Shown here: piece by piece, positions 20,558-31,343 of the stretch
How the letters are laid out: every line of letters starts with the position of its first letter
How positions within the stretch are numbered: position 1 is the first letter of the stretch
Assembly (NCBI GenBank): GCA_023667225.1
Contig: JAMPAN010000001.1
Location: 728,365 to 792,364 of the forward strand
Source of the DNA: Oxalobacter formigenes
GTDB lineage: Bacteria > Pseudomonadota > Gammaproteobacteria > Burkholderiales > Burkholderiaceae_D
Reading direction: 5' to 3'
DNA length: 64,000 nucleotides
Made by a program: the position numbers and the translations under genes
Notes under the pieces: generated by a model
What the model was told of the DNA's origin: nothing
Databases searched by the model: none
The model's input: only the letters and a program-made list of their open reading frames with translations

Positions 20558-21298
20558 CTACCCGGCGGCAAGGCGCTGGCGTCTGGCCTCATACAGGCAA
20601 ACCCCCGAAGCCACCGAAACATTTAAGCTTTCCACCTGTCCGAACATGGGAATACCGGCCAGCACATCACAGGTTTCCCGCGTCAGGCGGCGCATACCCT
20701 GCCCTTCCGAACCCATCACCAGCGCAATACCGCCCGTCAGGTCTGTCTCATACAGCGACATCTCCGCCGTATCTGCCGTGCCAATAATGCAAATATCCCG
20801 CTCCTTCAGTTCCCGTAGCGCCCTCGCCAGATTCGTCACCGCAATATAAGGCACCACCCCGGCCGCGCCGCTGGCCACCTTCGCCACCGTTGCATTCAAC
20901 CCGACAGACCTGTCCCGCGGCACAATAACCGCATGCGCCCCGGCGCTGTCTGCCGCCCTCAGGCAAGCCCCCAGATTATGCGGGTCAGTAATACCGTCCA
21001 GCACCAGCAAAAGCGGCGGCTCCTGAACTGCATCCAAAAGCTCATCCAGCGTACGCGCCGGCGAAAGCACCGCCGCACGGGCAGCCACCCCCTGATGCCG
21101 GGGCGAACCTGCCAGGCTGAAAAGCCGCTTCTCGTCTGTCTGAACCACCTTTACGCCCATCTCGCCAGCCAGCCTAAGCAAATCCTGCATACGGCGGTCC
21201 GAACGCGACGCATCATAATAAACCGCTTCCACAGACGATGCCTCATGCCGCAGCCGCGCTGTAACGGCATGAAACCCAAAAACCATATCCTTTTTCAT
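20558..21298 (-). CDS. rlmB: 23S rRNA (guanosine-2'-O)-methyltransferase, SpoU/TrmH family
   Basis: SpoU methylase motifs. ATGA overlap with the upstream rnr; rnr-rlmB synteny. Confidence 0.85.
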   Translation of the reverse strand: MKKDMVFGFHAVTARLRHEASSVEAVYYDASRSDRRMQDLLRLAGEMGVKVVQTDEKRLFSLAGSPRHQGVAARAAVLSPARTLDELLDAVQEPPLLLVLDGITDPHNLGACLRAADSAGAHAVIVPRDRSVGLNATVAKVASGAAGVVPYIAVTNLARALRELKERDICIIGTADTAEMSLYETDLTGGIALVMGSEGQGMRRLTRETCDVLAGIPMFGQVESLNVSVASGVCLYEARRQRLAAG

Positions 21299-23706
21299 CG
21301 GCGTTTCTTCCGTGTTTCAGCCCGCTTCCCCTTGGCCCTGCCTGCGCTTTCTGCCGCGCCGGTTTCCGGCGGCAGGCCAGGCATTTCCTCCAGCCGTGAT
21401 ACCCCCCGCTTCTTGAACCGCTCAAAAACCGGCCTTGCAGGGCTGTCCCCGCCGGATTTTTCCTGTTTCTGCGCCGCCTTGAACGGCCCGCCTATCACCG
21501 TCAAATCAATCTGGCGGCTATCTAAGTCAACCCGGCTGATCTGAACCGTTACCCTGTCCGTCAGCTGGTAACGCACCCCCGAACGCTCTCCCCGCAATTC
21601 ATGGCGCACCTCGTCAAACTGGTAATAATCCTTGCCCAGATCCGTCACATGCACCATGCCTTCAATATACAGATCATCCAGCTGCACAAAAATGCCAAAC
21701 GGCGCAACGCCCGAAATCGTTCCGCTGAAATGCTCCCCCAGCCTGTCCTTGATGAAATAACACTTCAGCCAGGCCTCCACATCACGCGAAGCCTCGTCCG
21801 CCCGCCGCTCGTTCGCCGAACAATGCAACCCCAGTGCATGCCAAATCGAACCCTCCGGCGTACCGGTAGCCTTGCCCTCCATCCGGTTCCTGTTCATCTG
21901 GCGGCGCATAGTATTGGAAATATTCCGGTTCAGCACCTGCCGGTCAATCACGGAAGGTTCATAACGCTTGCCCTGCAAAATCGCCTTGATAGCACGATGC
22001 ACCAGCAAATCCGGATACCGGCGAATCGGGCTGGTGAAATGGGTATAAGCCTGATACGCCAGGCCAAAATGGCCGATATTATCCGGGTTGTACATCGCCT
22101 GCTGCATAGAGCGCAGTAACATCGTCTGCAAAAGCGGCGCATCCGGGCGCGGCAACACCTGTTTAATCAATGCGGCATAATCCGAAGACTGCGGAGAATT
22201 CCCCCCGCCCAGGCGTAACCCCAGCGGCGCCAGGAAAGCGCGAACCTGATCCAGCTTTTCCCCGTCCGGCGCGCCATGAATACGGTAAACGCACGGATGC
22301 CGGTGCCGGATCAGCAAATCCGCCGCGCACACATTTGCCGCCAGCATACACTCCTCAATCAGCTTGTGTGCATCATTGCGCACCCGGGGCAAAATCTTCT
22401 CAATCTTGCCTGCCTCATTGCTGACAATATAGGTTTCCACCGTCTCAAAATCAATCGCCCCGCGCTTTTCCCGCGCCCCGAAAAGCGCCTGGTACACAGC
22501 AAACAAATGACGGATATGCGGCACAACCGCCGCATGAACTGCCGCTTCCGGCCCCCGCGGGCTTTCCAGGATTGAGGCAACCGCCGTATAAGTCATCCGT
22601 GCCGCCGAACAAATCACCGCCGGATAAAACTGGTAAGCCCCGGTCTGTCCATCCGGCCCAATCACCATATCGCATACCAGCGCCAGCCTCTCCACCTGCG
22701 GATTCAACGAGCACAGCCCGTTCGAGAGCTTTTCCGGCAGCATGGGAATCACCCGCCGTGGAAAATAAACCGAAGTCGAACGCAGCAGCGCATCCTGGTC
22801 AATCGCATCCCCCGGCCGCACATAATGGCTTACATCCGCAATCGCCACCAAAAGGCGATACCCCTGCGCACCGTCCTCTCCAATGAGTTCGCAATAAACC
22901 GCATCATCAAAATCGCGGGCATCCTCACCGTCAATCGTCACAAAAGGCACATCGCGCAAATCCACACGGCCAGCTTTATCCGCAGGCCGCACCTTATCCG
23001 GCAAACCTGCCGCGCGCGCCATCGCCGCCTCGGAAAAAACATGCGGCAGGCCGAACTTGCGCACAGCAATCTCAATCTCGATACCCGGATCATCCATGCC
23101 GCCCAGCACCTCGACAACCTGCGCCAGCGGCTGGGCATAACGCGAAGGCTGCGTCACAAGCCGGGCATTGACAAATTGCCCGGCCTTCGCCTGCTTCGGC
23201 GGTTTTTCCACAATAATATCGTGCACAATCCGGCGGTCTTCCGGCACAATCAGCCACACCCCCTTTTCATGCAGCAAGCGCCCAACCACATGCGTATGCG
23301 CCCGCGAAAGCACCTCGACAATCGTCCCCTCGCAGCGCCCCCTGCGGTCAGCGGCAATCACGCGCACCTGCACACGATCGCCATTCATCACCTTCTGCAT
23401 CTCCCTCTCGGAAAGATAAATATCTTCCCCGCCCTCATCCGGCAGCAAAAAACCATACCCGTCAGGATGGGCGCTGATCTGTCCGGCAATAAACCGGGTC
23501 GCGCTGAGCGTATAACCATCGGCAGCGGAGAAATTCAGCTGCCCGTCGCGCTGCATGGCATCAAGGCGGCGCATCAGCCCCTCCATCTCGCTTCGCTTCA
23601 CCTGCAACGCCTTGGCAATCGCTTTTGCGCTCTGGCCGCCTGATGCCTGCCTGAGCACATCAAGAATAGCTTCCCTCTCAGGAATAGGATAAGGATATTG
23701 GCTCAA
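21295..23706 (-). CDS. rnr: Ribonuclease R
   Basis: 803 aa. RNB catalytic domain, cold-shock and S1 domains, and a basic lysine-rich C-terminal tail. TTG start. Confidence 0.9.
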   Translation of the reverse strand: MSQYPYPIPEREAILDVLRQASGGQSAKAIAKALQVKRSEMEGLMRRLDAMQRDGQLNFSAADGYTLSATRFIAGQISAHPDGYGFLLPDEGGEDIYLSEREMQKVMNGDRVQVRVIAADRRGRCEGTIVEVLSRAHTHVVGRLLHEKGVWLIVPEDRRIVHDIIVEKPPKQAKAGQFVNARLVTQPSRYAQPLAQVVEVLGGMDDPGIEIEIAVRKFGLPHVFSEAAMARAAGLPDKVRPADKAGRVDLRDVPFVTIDGEDARDFDDAVYCELIGEDGAQGYRLLVAIADVSHYVRPGDAIDQDALLRSTSVYFPRRVIPMLPEKLSNGLCSLNPQVERLALVCDMVIGPDGQTGAYQFYPAVICSAARMTYTAVASILESPRGPEAAVHAAVVPHIRHLFAVYQALFGAREKRGAIDFETVETYIVSNEAGKIEKILPRVRNDAHKLIEECMLAANVCAADLLIRHRHPCVYRIHGAPDGEKLDQVRAFLAPLGLRLGGGNSPQSSDYAALIKQVLPRPDAPLLQTMLLRSMQQAMYNPDNIGHFGLAYQAYTHFTSPIRRYPDLLVHRAIKAILQGKRYEPSVIDRQVLNRNISNTMRRQMNRNRMEGKATGTPEGSIWHALGLHCSANERRADEASRDVEAWLKCYFIKDRLGEHFSGTISGVAPFGIFVQLDDLYIEGMVHVTDLGKDYYQFDEVRHELRGERSGVRYQLTDRVTVQISRVDLDSRQIDLTVIGGPFKAAQKQEKSGGDSPARPVFERFKKRGVSRLEEMPGLPPETGAAESAGRAKGKRAETRKKRR

Positions 23707-23929
23707 AAGAATCTGTCTTTACTCGAAATTGGAAAAACCGGGCGCCCCGGCAACAAAGGCCGCAACAGCAAACCGCGCCGGGAAACGCTCCAGGTACCAT
23801 ATTGGCGCTTTTCACCCCGAAACGCAAGACAATTGACATTACCGCGAATCCTGATAAAATAGCCAACCTCTGCTAAAGCTTGATACAAGTCAGCATACCT
23901 CTTTGGCAGAACCATCCTTTCAGGATATT

Positions 23930-24014
23930 GCCCACGTGGCGGAATTGGTAGACGCGCATGGTTCAGGTCCATGTGTCGCGAGACGTGGGGGTTCAAATCC
24001 CTCCGTGGGCACCA
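23930..24014 (+). tRNA. tRNA-Leu (anticodon CAG), CCA encoded
   Basis: Cloverleaf deduced by hand: acceptor stem gcccacg/cgtgggc, long variable arm, anticodon loop ttCAGgt, T-loop GTTCAAATCC, 3' CCA. Confidence 0.9.
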
Positions 24015-24143
24015 GAAGCCGGCAGCATCAGCTGAAATTTTTCCCTTTCTATTTTCCTGATATTGCCCTTTTTGTGGCAATTCCGTTTCACTTTTACCGG
24101 CGTCTTGCAACATTCCTTTCATTCTGGCGAATGAAAAAATATT

Positions 24144-25805
24144 TCACATCTCCCGATACTCCGGGCCGTCCCCGCCCTCCGGAGGTACCCAGGTAATATT
24201 TTGGGATGGATCCTTGATATCGCATGTCTTGCAGTGCAGGCAGTTCGCAGCATGGATGCGCAGGCGCGGCAAACCTGCCGCACCGGTAGCAAATTCATAA
24301 ACCGCCGCCGGGCAGTAACGCGCCTCCGGCCCGGCATAATCAGCCAGATTGATGGCAACCGGCACTTCCTCATCTTTCAAAAGCAAATGGGAAGGCTGGT
24401 CTTCCCGGTGATGCGTGCCGGAAAAGTAAAGTGACGAGAGAACAGCCTGCCGGGCATAAGCTGCACTGGCATCATAGGAAAAAGGCATGCACGAGGCCGT
24501 TTTTTTCAGGCAGGCATAATCCGGCTGGCTGCGGTGAAGCGTCCAGGGGGCATGTCCCTTAAAAAGCAACTGGTCAAGCCCGAAAAGCGCCGCGCCGGGC
24601 GCCAGGCCAAACCGCATGGCAGGCTTGAAATTGCGGGCGCGATAAAGCTCGTCATACAGCCATGACTGGCGGAAAAGGCGAGGATAGGCATCCGGCACAT
24701 CATATCGCCTGCCCGCTTCCAGCGCCTCAAAAACCGCTTCCGCAGCAAGCATCCCGGATTTGATTGCTGTATGGATACCTTTCAATCGTGCACCGTTCAT
24801 GAATCCGGCATCGCACCCCAGGAGAGCGCCCCCCGGAAAAACCAGTCCGGGCAACGCCTGAAGCCCACCTGCGGTCATAGCCCTTGCGCCATATTCCAGG
24901 CACTCGCCGCCTTGCAGGATACATGCAACAGCAGGATGCGCCTTAAAACGCTGGAATTCCTGGTAAGGCGAAAGATAAGGATTGGCATACCCCAGCCCGG
25001 TCATCAGGCCAAGAGCAACGCGGCAATCCGGCAAGTGGTAAACAAACCCGCCGCCATAGGTTTGCCGCCCCAAAGGCCAGCCCGCCGTATGCACCGCCAG
25101 CCCTGGCTGGTGTACACTTTCCGGAACCCGCCAGACTTCCTTGAGAGCCAAAGTATAGCTTTGCGGATCCCGCCCCGCATCCAGCGAAAACCGGGAAACC
25201 AGCGCCTTGCCGAGATGGCCGCGCGCCCCTTCTGCAAACAGCGTATAGGCCGCCCCAACTGCCATGCCCGGCTGGTATGCCGGTGTTTTTTCCCCATTCT
25301 TCCCCAATCCGGCCGGGCCGGTTGCCACACCGGTAACCGCTTCCATCCCCTGGCCGCCATACAAAATATCTGCGGCGGCAAACCCGGCCAACACATCCAC
25401 CCCCAGGCTTTCCGCCTGATCAGCCAGCCAGCGAACCAGCCGGGAAAGCGAAACCAGGCAACACCCCTTGTTTTTCAATGCCCGTGGCAGCAAGGCATCA
25501 GGCATCTGAAACGCCTGCTTTTCGCCCAGGAAAAGAAACTTCTCTTCCAAAACCGGCGTCCCGGAGCACGCCGCCTTTTCCCGCCATGCAGGAAGCAGCT
25601 CATCCATCGCAATCGGGTCCATCACCGCACCGGAAATAACATGCGCCCCCGGCTCCGAACCTTTTTCCAGCACACAGACAGAACAATCCCGCCCTTTTTC
25701 AAGAGCCAGCTGTTTCAGGCGGATAGCGGCAGAAAGCCCTGCCGGACCGGCCCCGGCAATAACAACATCATATGCCATTGCCTCCTGCGGCTCTTCCTTA
25801 CTCAT
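24144..25805 (-). CDS. Electron transfer flavoprotein-ubiquinone oxidoreductase
   Basis: FAD-binding motif DVVIAGAGPAGLSAA at the N-terminus and a C-terminal 4Fe-4S ferredoxin-like cysteine cluster (CLHCKTCD). 553 aa. Confidence 0.85.
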   Translation of the reverse strand: MSKEEPQEAMAYDVVIAGAGPAGLSAAIRLKQLALEKGRDCSVCVLEKGSEPGAHVISGAVMDPIAMDELLPAWREKAACSGTPVLEEKFLFLGEKQAFQMPDALLPRALKNKGCCLVSLSRLVRWLADQAESLGVDVLAGFAAADILYGGQGMEAVTGVATGPAGLGKNGEKTPAYQPGMAVGAAYTLFAEGARGHLGKALVSRFSLDAGRDPQSYTLALKEVWRVPESVHQPGLAVHTAGWPLGRQTYGGGFVYHLPDCRVALGLMTGLGYANPYLSPYQEFQRFKAHPAVACILQGGECLEYGARAMTAGGLQALPGLVFPGGALLGCDAGFMNGARLKGIHTAIKSGMLAAEAVFEALEAGRRYDVPDAYPRLFRQSWLYDELYRARNFKPAMRFGLAPGAALFGLDQLLFKGHAPWTLHRSQPDYACLKKTASCMPFSYDASAAYARQAVLSSLYFSGTHHREDQPSHLLLKDEEVPVAINLADYAGPEARYCPAAVYEFATGAAGLPRLRIHAANCLHCKTCDIKDPSQNITWVPPEGGDGPEYREM

Positions 25806-25919
25806 TGTTATCCCCCGCCCTGTCCGTTTTCATCCAGTCTGCCGCAAAAAACATGCACAGCGGCAAATAAACATGCCATCATACGGCTTGAACCGCTTTA
25901 CAACAAACCGCGACATATC

Positions 25920-26342
25920 ATGAACACCCCGCTTCCCGAAAACATGAGGCATGTCTATACCTCACTCATCCCCATCCGCTGGGGCGATATGGATGCCATG
26001 GGGCACGTCAACAACACCGTTTACTTCCGTTTCCTGGAACAGGCGCGTATCGAGTGGTACGCCTTTGTTGGCAGCAAAGAAAATACCGGTATGGAAACCG
26101 TAGTCGTCAACGCCCATTGCTCCTTCATGAAAGCCCTGGTCTATCCGGGCGAAGCAGAAGTGCGGACCTATGCCGGTGCGCCGGGTACATCCAGTTTTGA
26201 AATCGTGCAGGAAATACGCCGCACAGACGACCCGGATACCTTATATGCAAAAGGCGGCGCAAAAGTCGTCTGGATCAACAGGAAAACCGGAAAATCCGCG
26301 CCCCTGCCCGATAAAATACGCCGGTTGATTACCGCTGAATAA
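25920..26342 (+). CDS. Acyl-CoA thioesterase, 4HBT/YbgC-like hotdog fold
   Basis: 141 aa; RWGDMDAMGHVNNTVYFRF is the hotdog thioesterase signature. The upstream part of the 24771-26342 ORF is antisense to the ETF-ubiquinone oxidoreductase gene and is discarded. Confidence 0.7.
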   Translation: MNTPLPENMRHVYTSLIPIRWGDMDAMGHVNNTVYFRFLEQARIEWYAFVGSKENTGMETVVVNAHCSFMKALVYPGEAEVRTYAGAPGTSSFEIVQEIRRTDDPDTLYAKGGAKVVWINRKTGKSAPLPDKIRRLITAE

Positions 26343-26355
26343 TCCCTTTACTCCC

Positions 26356-26400
26356 GTAAAAAAACCCTGCCGGCGGCAGGGTTTCTGCTGCGTGTTTTTT
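26356..26400. terminator. Bidirectional rho-independent terminator between the thioesterase and cspA
   Basis: Perfect 9-bp stem aaccctgcc/ggcagggtt (26363-26371 and 26375-26383) with a 3-nt loop. A-run upstream and T-run downstream. Confidence 0.5.
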
Positions 26401-26403
26401 AAT

Positions 26404-26607
26404 TTACGCCACTTCAATATTTAGCGCCTGCTTGCCTTTGGGGCCCGTGCTGATATCAAAAGACACGCGCTGGTTTTCCTTCAAAGACTTGAACCCGTCA
26501 GCCTTGATAGCCGAGAAATGGGCAAATACATCCTCGCCGCCCTCATCCGGCGTAATAAAACCAAAACCTTTTGCGTCATTAAACCACTTTACAGTACCTG
26601 TTGCCAT
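26404..26607 (-). CDS. cspA: Cold-shock protein, CspA family
   Basis: 67 aa with the RNP motifs KGFGFI and VFAHF. Confidence 0.9.
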   Translation of the reverse strand: MATGTVKWFNDAKGFGFITPDEGGEDVFAHFSAIKADGFKSLKENQRVSFDISTGPKGKQALNIEVA

Positions 26608-26746
26608 TTCTTCTTCCTACTTGATTAAACCATATTCTCATCTAACACATCGGCAGAACCTTCACACATCAAAGCCTGAAAGCCGGATGCAGACGCCCTG
26701 CAACATCTCATTCTAGCATAAAGCTGCAGCCTTTCCGGTTGCATTT

Positions 26747-27358
26747 TCACAAAGGCTCCGGGCATTTCCACTCACCGTTTCTGATTTTTTCCATCCAGAA
26801 AACGCCAATCATCGTCTTGGCATCGGTAATCTTCCCCTCCTTTACCCACAAAAGCAGCTGGGACAAATCCGCCGAAAAAGTTTCGATAAACTCCTCCTCA
26901 TCCGGCTGCTGCCTGCCCGGCTGCAAGCCTTTGGCCAGATAAAGATACAACACCTCATCGGAATAACCGATCGCATTGTGTATGCAACAAACAAACTGCC
27001 AGCTTGACGCCGTATAACCCGTTTCTTCCATCAGCTCCCGCTTCGCGCTGGACAAAGGCACTTCCCCCTTGTCAATTTTCCCGGCAGGAAGCTCCCAGAA
27101 AACCCGATCAAGCGGATAACGGAACTGCCTCTCCAGCAATAACCGGCCGTCATCCAGCACCGGCAGGACAACCACCGCGCCAGGATGGCGGATATATTCC
27201 CGCCACGAAGTTGCCTGATCCGGCAACAGCACCTTATCCCGGTACACATCAAAAAAAAGCCCCTGGTGGACAACCCGGCTTTCAAGCTGCTTCTCTGCCA
27301 GGGCAGCCTTCTCCCCGGCATCATTCTCTGATGAATTCACGTCATTGGCTCCAAACAA
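26747..27358 (-). CDS. nudF: ADP-ribose pyrophosphatase (Nudix)
   Basis: Nudix box GKIDKGEVPLSSAKRELMEETGY. The N-terminus FGANDV... aligns with E. coli NudF. Non-ATG (TTG/GTG) start. Confidence 0.75.
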   Translation of the reverse strand: MFGANDVNSSENDAGEKAALAEKQLESRVVHQGLFFDVYRDKVLLPDQATSWREYIRHPGAVVVLPVLDDGRLLLERQFRYPLDRVFWELPAGKIDKGEVPLSSAKRELMEETGYTASSWQFVCCIHNAIGYSDEVLYLYLAKGLQPGRQQPDEEEFIETFSADLSQLLLWVKEGKITDAKTMIGVFWMEKIRNGEWKCPEPL

Positions 27359-27456
27359 AAAAACAATATCATGGTCTTCCCCATGATATTAACGCTTTCT
27401 TTGTCACATAACCCGGCTATCCGCTAGACTATGTTTTTTTCTCTGTCATCTTTCCC

Positions 27457-28743
27457 ATGAAACAGGCTCCCCTGGCTGAACGCCTCCGCCCCGCATCCCT
27501 TGAAGATATGGTTGGCCAGCAGCATCTGCTGGGCCCCGGCAAGCCCCTGCGCATTGCTTTCGAGGCAGGAGAACTGCACTCCATGATCCTGTGGGGGCCG
27601 CCCGGCGTCGGCAAAACCACCTTCGCCCGCCTCATGGCCGATAGCTTTAAGGCCGAATTTATCGCGCTTTCCGCCGTCCTTTCCGGCGTAAAAGACATCC
27701 GCGAAGCCGTAGAAAAAGCCGAATTCACCCGCAGCCACACCGGCAAGCCTACCATCCTCTTTGTGGATGAAGTCCACCGCTTCAATAAAAGCCAGCAGGA
27801 TGCCTTTTTGCCCTATGTAGAAAGCGGACTCTTCACCTTTATCGGCGCAACAACCGAAAACCCCTCCTTTGAAGTCAACAACGCGCTTCTCTCCCGCGCC
27901 GCCGTTTATGTGTTAAAACCGCTCGAAGAAGAAGACCTGCGCCGCCTGCTGGAAAGGGCGCTGAAAAACGAACTCGCTCCCCTTGCCCTTTCGCCCGAAG
28001 CCGCATCCATCCTCACCGCCAGCGCAGACGGCGATGCCCGGCGCCTTCTCAATACCCTGGAAATCGCCGCCCAGGCAGCCAAAACACAGAGAAAAACAGA
28101 AATAGACGCCTCCCTGCTTGGCGAAACCCTGGCCAACACCGTCAGGCGATTTGACCAGGGCGGCGACAACTTCTATGACCAGATATCCGCTCTGCACAAA
28201 TCCGTGCGGGGATCTGCCCCCAACGCCGCCCTGTACTGGCTGGCCCGTATGCTGGACGGCGGCGCAGACCCGCGCTACCTCGCCCGCCGCATCGTAAGAA
28301 TGGCATGGGAAGATATCGGCCTGGCCGACCCGCGCGCCATCCAGATAGCCAACGATGCCGCCGCTACCTACGAACGGCTCGGCAGCCCCGAAGGCGAACT
28401 GGCGCTCGCCCAGGCAGTGCTTTATCTGTCCGTCGCCGCCAAAAGCAACGCCGGCTACACGGCCTACAACCAGGCGCGCGCCTTCGTCAAACAGGATAAA
28501 AGCCGGGAAGTGCCAATTCACCTGCGCAACGCGCCGACAAAACTCATGAAAGAACTGGGCTACGGCCATGCGTACCGCTACGCCCACGACGAACCCGAAG
28601 CCTACGCCGCAGGCGAAACCTACTTTCCCGATGGGCTGCCGGAACAAAACTGGTACCGGCCCACCCCCTACGGCCTGGAAAAGAAAATCGGCGAAAAACT
28701 CGCGTTTCTCGCCGAACTGGATAAAAAAGCGGGGAAAAAATAA
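27457..28743 (+). CDS. rarA: Replication-associated recombination protein A (AAA+ ATPase)
   Basis: Walker [10 protein letters not shown], Walker [10 protein letters not shown], and the MgsA C-terminal domain. 428 aa. Confidence 0.9.
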   Translation: MKQAPLAERLRPASLEDMVGQQHLLGPGKPLRIAFEAGELHSMILWGPPGVGKTTFARLMADSFKAEFIALSAVLSGVKDIREAVEKAEFTRSHTGKPTILFVDEVHRFNKSQQDAFLPYVESGLFTFIGATTENPSFEVNNALLSRAAVYVLKPLEEEDLRRLLERALKNELAPLALSPEAASILTASADGDARRLLNTLEIAAQAAKTQRKTEIDASLLGETLANTVRRFDQGGDNFYDQISALHKSVRGSAPNAALYWLARMLDGGADPRYLARRIVRMAWEDIGLADPRAIQIANDAAATYERLGSPEGELALAQAVLYLSVAAKSNAGYTAYNQARAFVKQDKSREVPIHLRNAPTKLMKELGYGHAYRYAHDEPEAYAAGETYFPDGLPEQNWYRPTPYGLEKKIGEKLAFLAELDKKAGKK

Positions 28744-28753
28744 ACTCCTTTCC

Positions 28754-30625
28754 TTAATCTGTCGGATTGACTTCCACCGGGCCTTCACGCTTGATTGATT
28801 TCAATGCATTAAAAACGTCTTTCAATTTAATATTTTTTTGTTTCTGCTGTTGCCTTTCCTGCTTCTGCAACCGGCGTTGCTGTTCCTGCTCCTTCAACTG
28901 GCGCTGCTGTTCCTGTTCCTTCAACCGGCGCTGCCGTTCCTGCTCATTCAACTGCTGTTGCTGTTCCTGGCTTTCCGCATCCACTTCCTGCACCTCATTT
29001 GTTTGCGGCACGACAGGGAGATCAGATTGAATGTTGCTGCGCATATTGGTTTCAATACCAATGTCGCCTTCATCGATAGACATGGAATAAGCAATGTTAT
29101 AAGACATGAATTTTTTACCTGAATCACCAGAAAGTACGCTTGCAACCCCTGTGCACTTAAATTCGGGGCCGCCCATACTGTCCGCAGTTTCCTGTGCTTG
29201 GATAGTAAAACGCCACTTTCCTCGATATCCTTTTGAGATCAGTTCATTATTAATAAAATCTTTTTCCTTTTCAAAAACTCCTTTCATTACTCTATTTTCA
29301 ACACAGTAATTAACCTGCTGATTTGCCGTTTGTTGTTGTTTTTTCACTACCGTTGTCTGAGTGTGTTGCGTTTTGGCATTTTCACTCTGCGATAGGTCTC
29401 TAAAAATATCCGGCAAAGATGCTGTAACCAAGAAAAAAAAGATAGATAAAACAGGCAAAACAATTTTATCGTACTCAGTCTTCGCTAAAAATGGCTTTTC
29501 AACAGGTTGAAAAGCTTGCGCATAAGCCTGTTTTTCTCCATCACTTAATGACTCGATTGATGAAACAAATGCTTTTTTCTGATTAAGAAAAGACTTCCTT
29601 ATACTTTTGGAATAATCCAGTATAAAATTCCGTCTTAAAAACGCATACCCCAGAGCTAATAAGAGACCAAGTATACTCCATAAATCCCGTAAGGCAAAAC
29701 CTCCTTTACTGCCAATTCCCCATACCAGAAGCAAAGCGCAAAAAGAGGCCAGCGTTGGAATAAAACCCAGGTAAACATTACGTTCCCTGTTTGAATCTAC
29801 TGGCAGTTTATCAGCTACGATATTGCCATTACCTATTCCATCACACCAATAAGAGTAGTTATTTCCTTTATAATCAAAGACAGCATTACAAATAGGAACA
29901 AAAAGAGTTCCTGTTGATGACTCAATATGTGATAAAGTCCAGTGCCAATCTCTTTGGCGATCTCCCTGCGCATGTTGTTTAACATTGTGATCAATATTTT
30001 CGTTAATTTCTTCACTTAACGAATCAAAAGCCAGTTTTTCCGGAATCGCAAAACTTTCCGCCGTAACCCCTTGCATGAAATCAGGATTAAATGCAGTTCG
30101 TTCAGCGTTGGCAATAATAGATGGAATCATTTCTGCCGGAGTGAGCGTTAGGGAAGTCAAATCAGTACCGGCATAGATAGATACTTCAAAAGTATTGGCA
30201 TCCGTACCATTAACGGGCCGCCAGTCTGTTACCGTACGGTATGCTGTATAGGCCTGACGGCGGCCATTAACTGTTTTATAATCGGTATAAGGCTCTTTCC
30301 TGTCATATCCAAATGAAGCTGTCCATTCTGCCTGATAATCAATTTTAAACAGGTAGGCGGGAACATAAAAACGTTCTCTTTTGAGAAAAGTGGCGGATTG
30401 AATAATGTCGTCCGGCGCATAATTATCTTCTGCTAAAAAGGTATAAACCTGATTTTCAAGGTCTTTTTGATTAGTTGATAAAGGAATTATCAAATCTACT
30501 TCCGTTGGAAGTTCATCCTCTGGCCGCTTAATTTCATTTAACGTATTGCAATAAGGACAAATCAGTGATTGACTGCCAGGCTGATATTCAATTTCCGCGC
30601 CACAGTTTTTACATTGTTCAGACAT
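28754..30625 (-). CDS. Hypothetical membrane protein with an N-terminal zinc ribbon, central TM helices and a C-terminal Q/E/R-rich coiled coil (623 aa), encoded on a low-GC island
   Basis: CKNCGAEIEYQPGSQSLICPYCN zinc ribbon at residues 5-27. Three or more hydrophobic helices at about residues 290-410. C-terminal EQEQQRQLK nonapeptide repeats. ATG at 30625 with a GAGGAAGAG RBS. Local GC about 40%, versus about 60% in the flanks. Confidence 0.7.
   Translation of the reverse strand: MSEQCKNCGAEIEYQPGSQSLICPYCNTLNEIKRPEDELPTEVDLIIPLSTNQKDLENQVYTFLAEDNYAPDDIIQSATFLKRERFYVPAYLFKIDYQAEWTASFGYDRKEPYTDYKTVNGRRQAYTAYRTVTDWRPVNGTDANTFEVSIYAGTDLTSLTLTPAEMIPSIIANAERTAFNPDFMQGVTAESFAIPEKLAFDSLSEEINENIDHNVKQHAQGDRQRDWHWTLSHIESSTGTLFVPICNAVFDYKGNNYSYWCDGIGNGNIVADKLPVDSNRERNVYLGFIPTLASFCALLLVWGIGSKGGFALRDLWSILGLLLALGYAFLRRNFILDYSKSIRKSFLNQKKAFVSSIESLSDGEKQAYAQAFQPVEKPFLAKTEYDKIVLPVLSIFFFLVTASLPDIFRDLSQSENAKTQHTQTTVVKKQQQTANQQVNYCVENRVMKGVFEKEKDFINNELISKGYRGKWRFTIQAQETADSMGGPEFKCTGVASVLSGDSGKKFMSYNIAYSMSIDEGDIGIETNMRSNIQSDLPVVPQTNEVQEVDAESQEQQQQLNEQERQRRLKEQEQQRQLKEQEQQRRLQKQERQQQKQKNIKLKDVFNALKSIKREGPVEVNPTD
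28862..28969. repeat. 4 x 27-bp in-frame tandem repeat inside the 623-aa gene
   Basis: Units cttctgcaaccggcgttgctgttcctg / ctccttcaactggcgctgctgttcctg / ttccttcaaccggcgctgccgttcctg / ctcattcaactgctgttgctgttcctg. They encode the coiled-coil nonapeptide repeats (EQEQQRQLK). Confidence 0.8.
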
Positions 30626-30648
30626 CTCTTCCTCATTGGTTGTTATTA

Positions 30649-31329
30649 TCAGGCTTTATTTCTGGCAGAATGCAAAAACACTTCTCTTTTTGCCAAAAGT
30701 ATGTCAATTTGTTTTATTTGATTTTCTATGGAATTTTCAGGATCTTGGGAAAGTTGTGAGCCAAGTGCCTGAATGGCTTGTTCTATATCATGATCATGAG
30801 GTGTGCCTCCCTGAATATCGCTGGCAAGATAGCGGAATTTTTCAGAGAGTGAATCCAGAATACGTGCGTTTTTCGCTGAGGCGGTGGCGCGAATAACCTG
30901 GATATTATTCCCCCATTTGATGTGCAAACTGGGAGGCGCACTTACCTTAACTTGGCTGACTACGCGCATGGATGCGCGTAGTGACAACAAGCCAATCAGA
31001 AAAGTGCCAACTGTAAAAACATCCAGAGCCATAGCAAGCTTATTGAAGTTCGTTAAAGAAAGTACAACGGATCCAGTAGAGAGAATTAGCATAAAACCAG
31101 CTATAACACTGGCAGGGCCAATAGCAGCAAAGGTTGCCGTGTTGTTCGATTCATTGCTTCTGATAAAACTTGGCGCAAGAAAAAGAAAGGAAACAGCCAA
31201 TACAAAAACTGCTATCGAGATAATAGTGGCAGTTGTCCAGGCTTGTTCCGGAATCAGAATGTAGGAGATAACGACAACAATAAAACTGGCAATTAAGGCG
31301 CAAATATTGAATATGCCGAAAGTACGCAT
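30649..31329 (-). CDS. Hypothetical 4-TM membrane protein (226 aa) in the SPFH operon
   Basis: Four hydrophobic helices in the first about 120 aa, then a soluble C-terminal domain. ATG at 31329 with an AAGGA RBS. 14-nt gap to the upstream gene and 23-nt gap to the downstream gene. Confidence 0.65.
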   Translation of the reverse strand: MRTFGIFNICALIASFIVVVISYILIPEQAWTTATIISIAVFVLAVSFLFLAPSFIRSNESNNTATFAAIGPASVIAGFMLILSTGSVVLSLTNFNKLAMALDVFTVGTFLIGLLSLRASMRVVSQVKVSAPPSLHIKWGNNIQVIRATASAKNARILDSLSEKFRYLASDIQGGTPHDHDIEQAIQALGSQLSQDPENSIENQIKQIDILLAKREVFLHSARNKA

Positions 31330-31343
31330 GGTTTTTCCTTGAA

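Noticed and set aside
24771-25919. Upstream about 380 codons of the 523-aa ORF at 24771-26342.
   Set aside because: This part is antisense to the ETF-ubiquinone oxidoreductase gene and Arg/Pro/His-rich. Only the last 141 aa, from the ATG at 25920, form a real hotdog thioesterase.
26608-26746. Unusual element in the cspA upstream region.
   Set aside because: A 140-nt 5' UTR is standard for cold-shock genes (cold-box-containing leaders). Nothing beyond that was seen.
28862-28969. Tandem 27-bp repeats considered as a possible CRISPR or minisatellite.
   Set aside because: The repeats are contiguous with no spacers, in frame, and translate to a coiled-coil heptad-like protein repeat. Not a CRISPR array.
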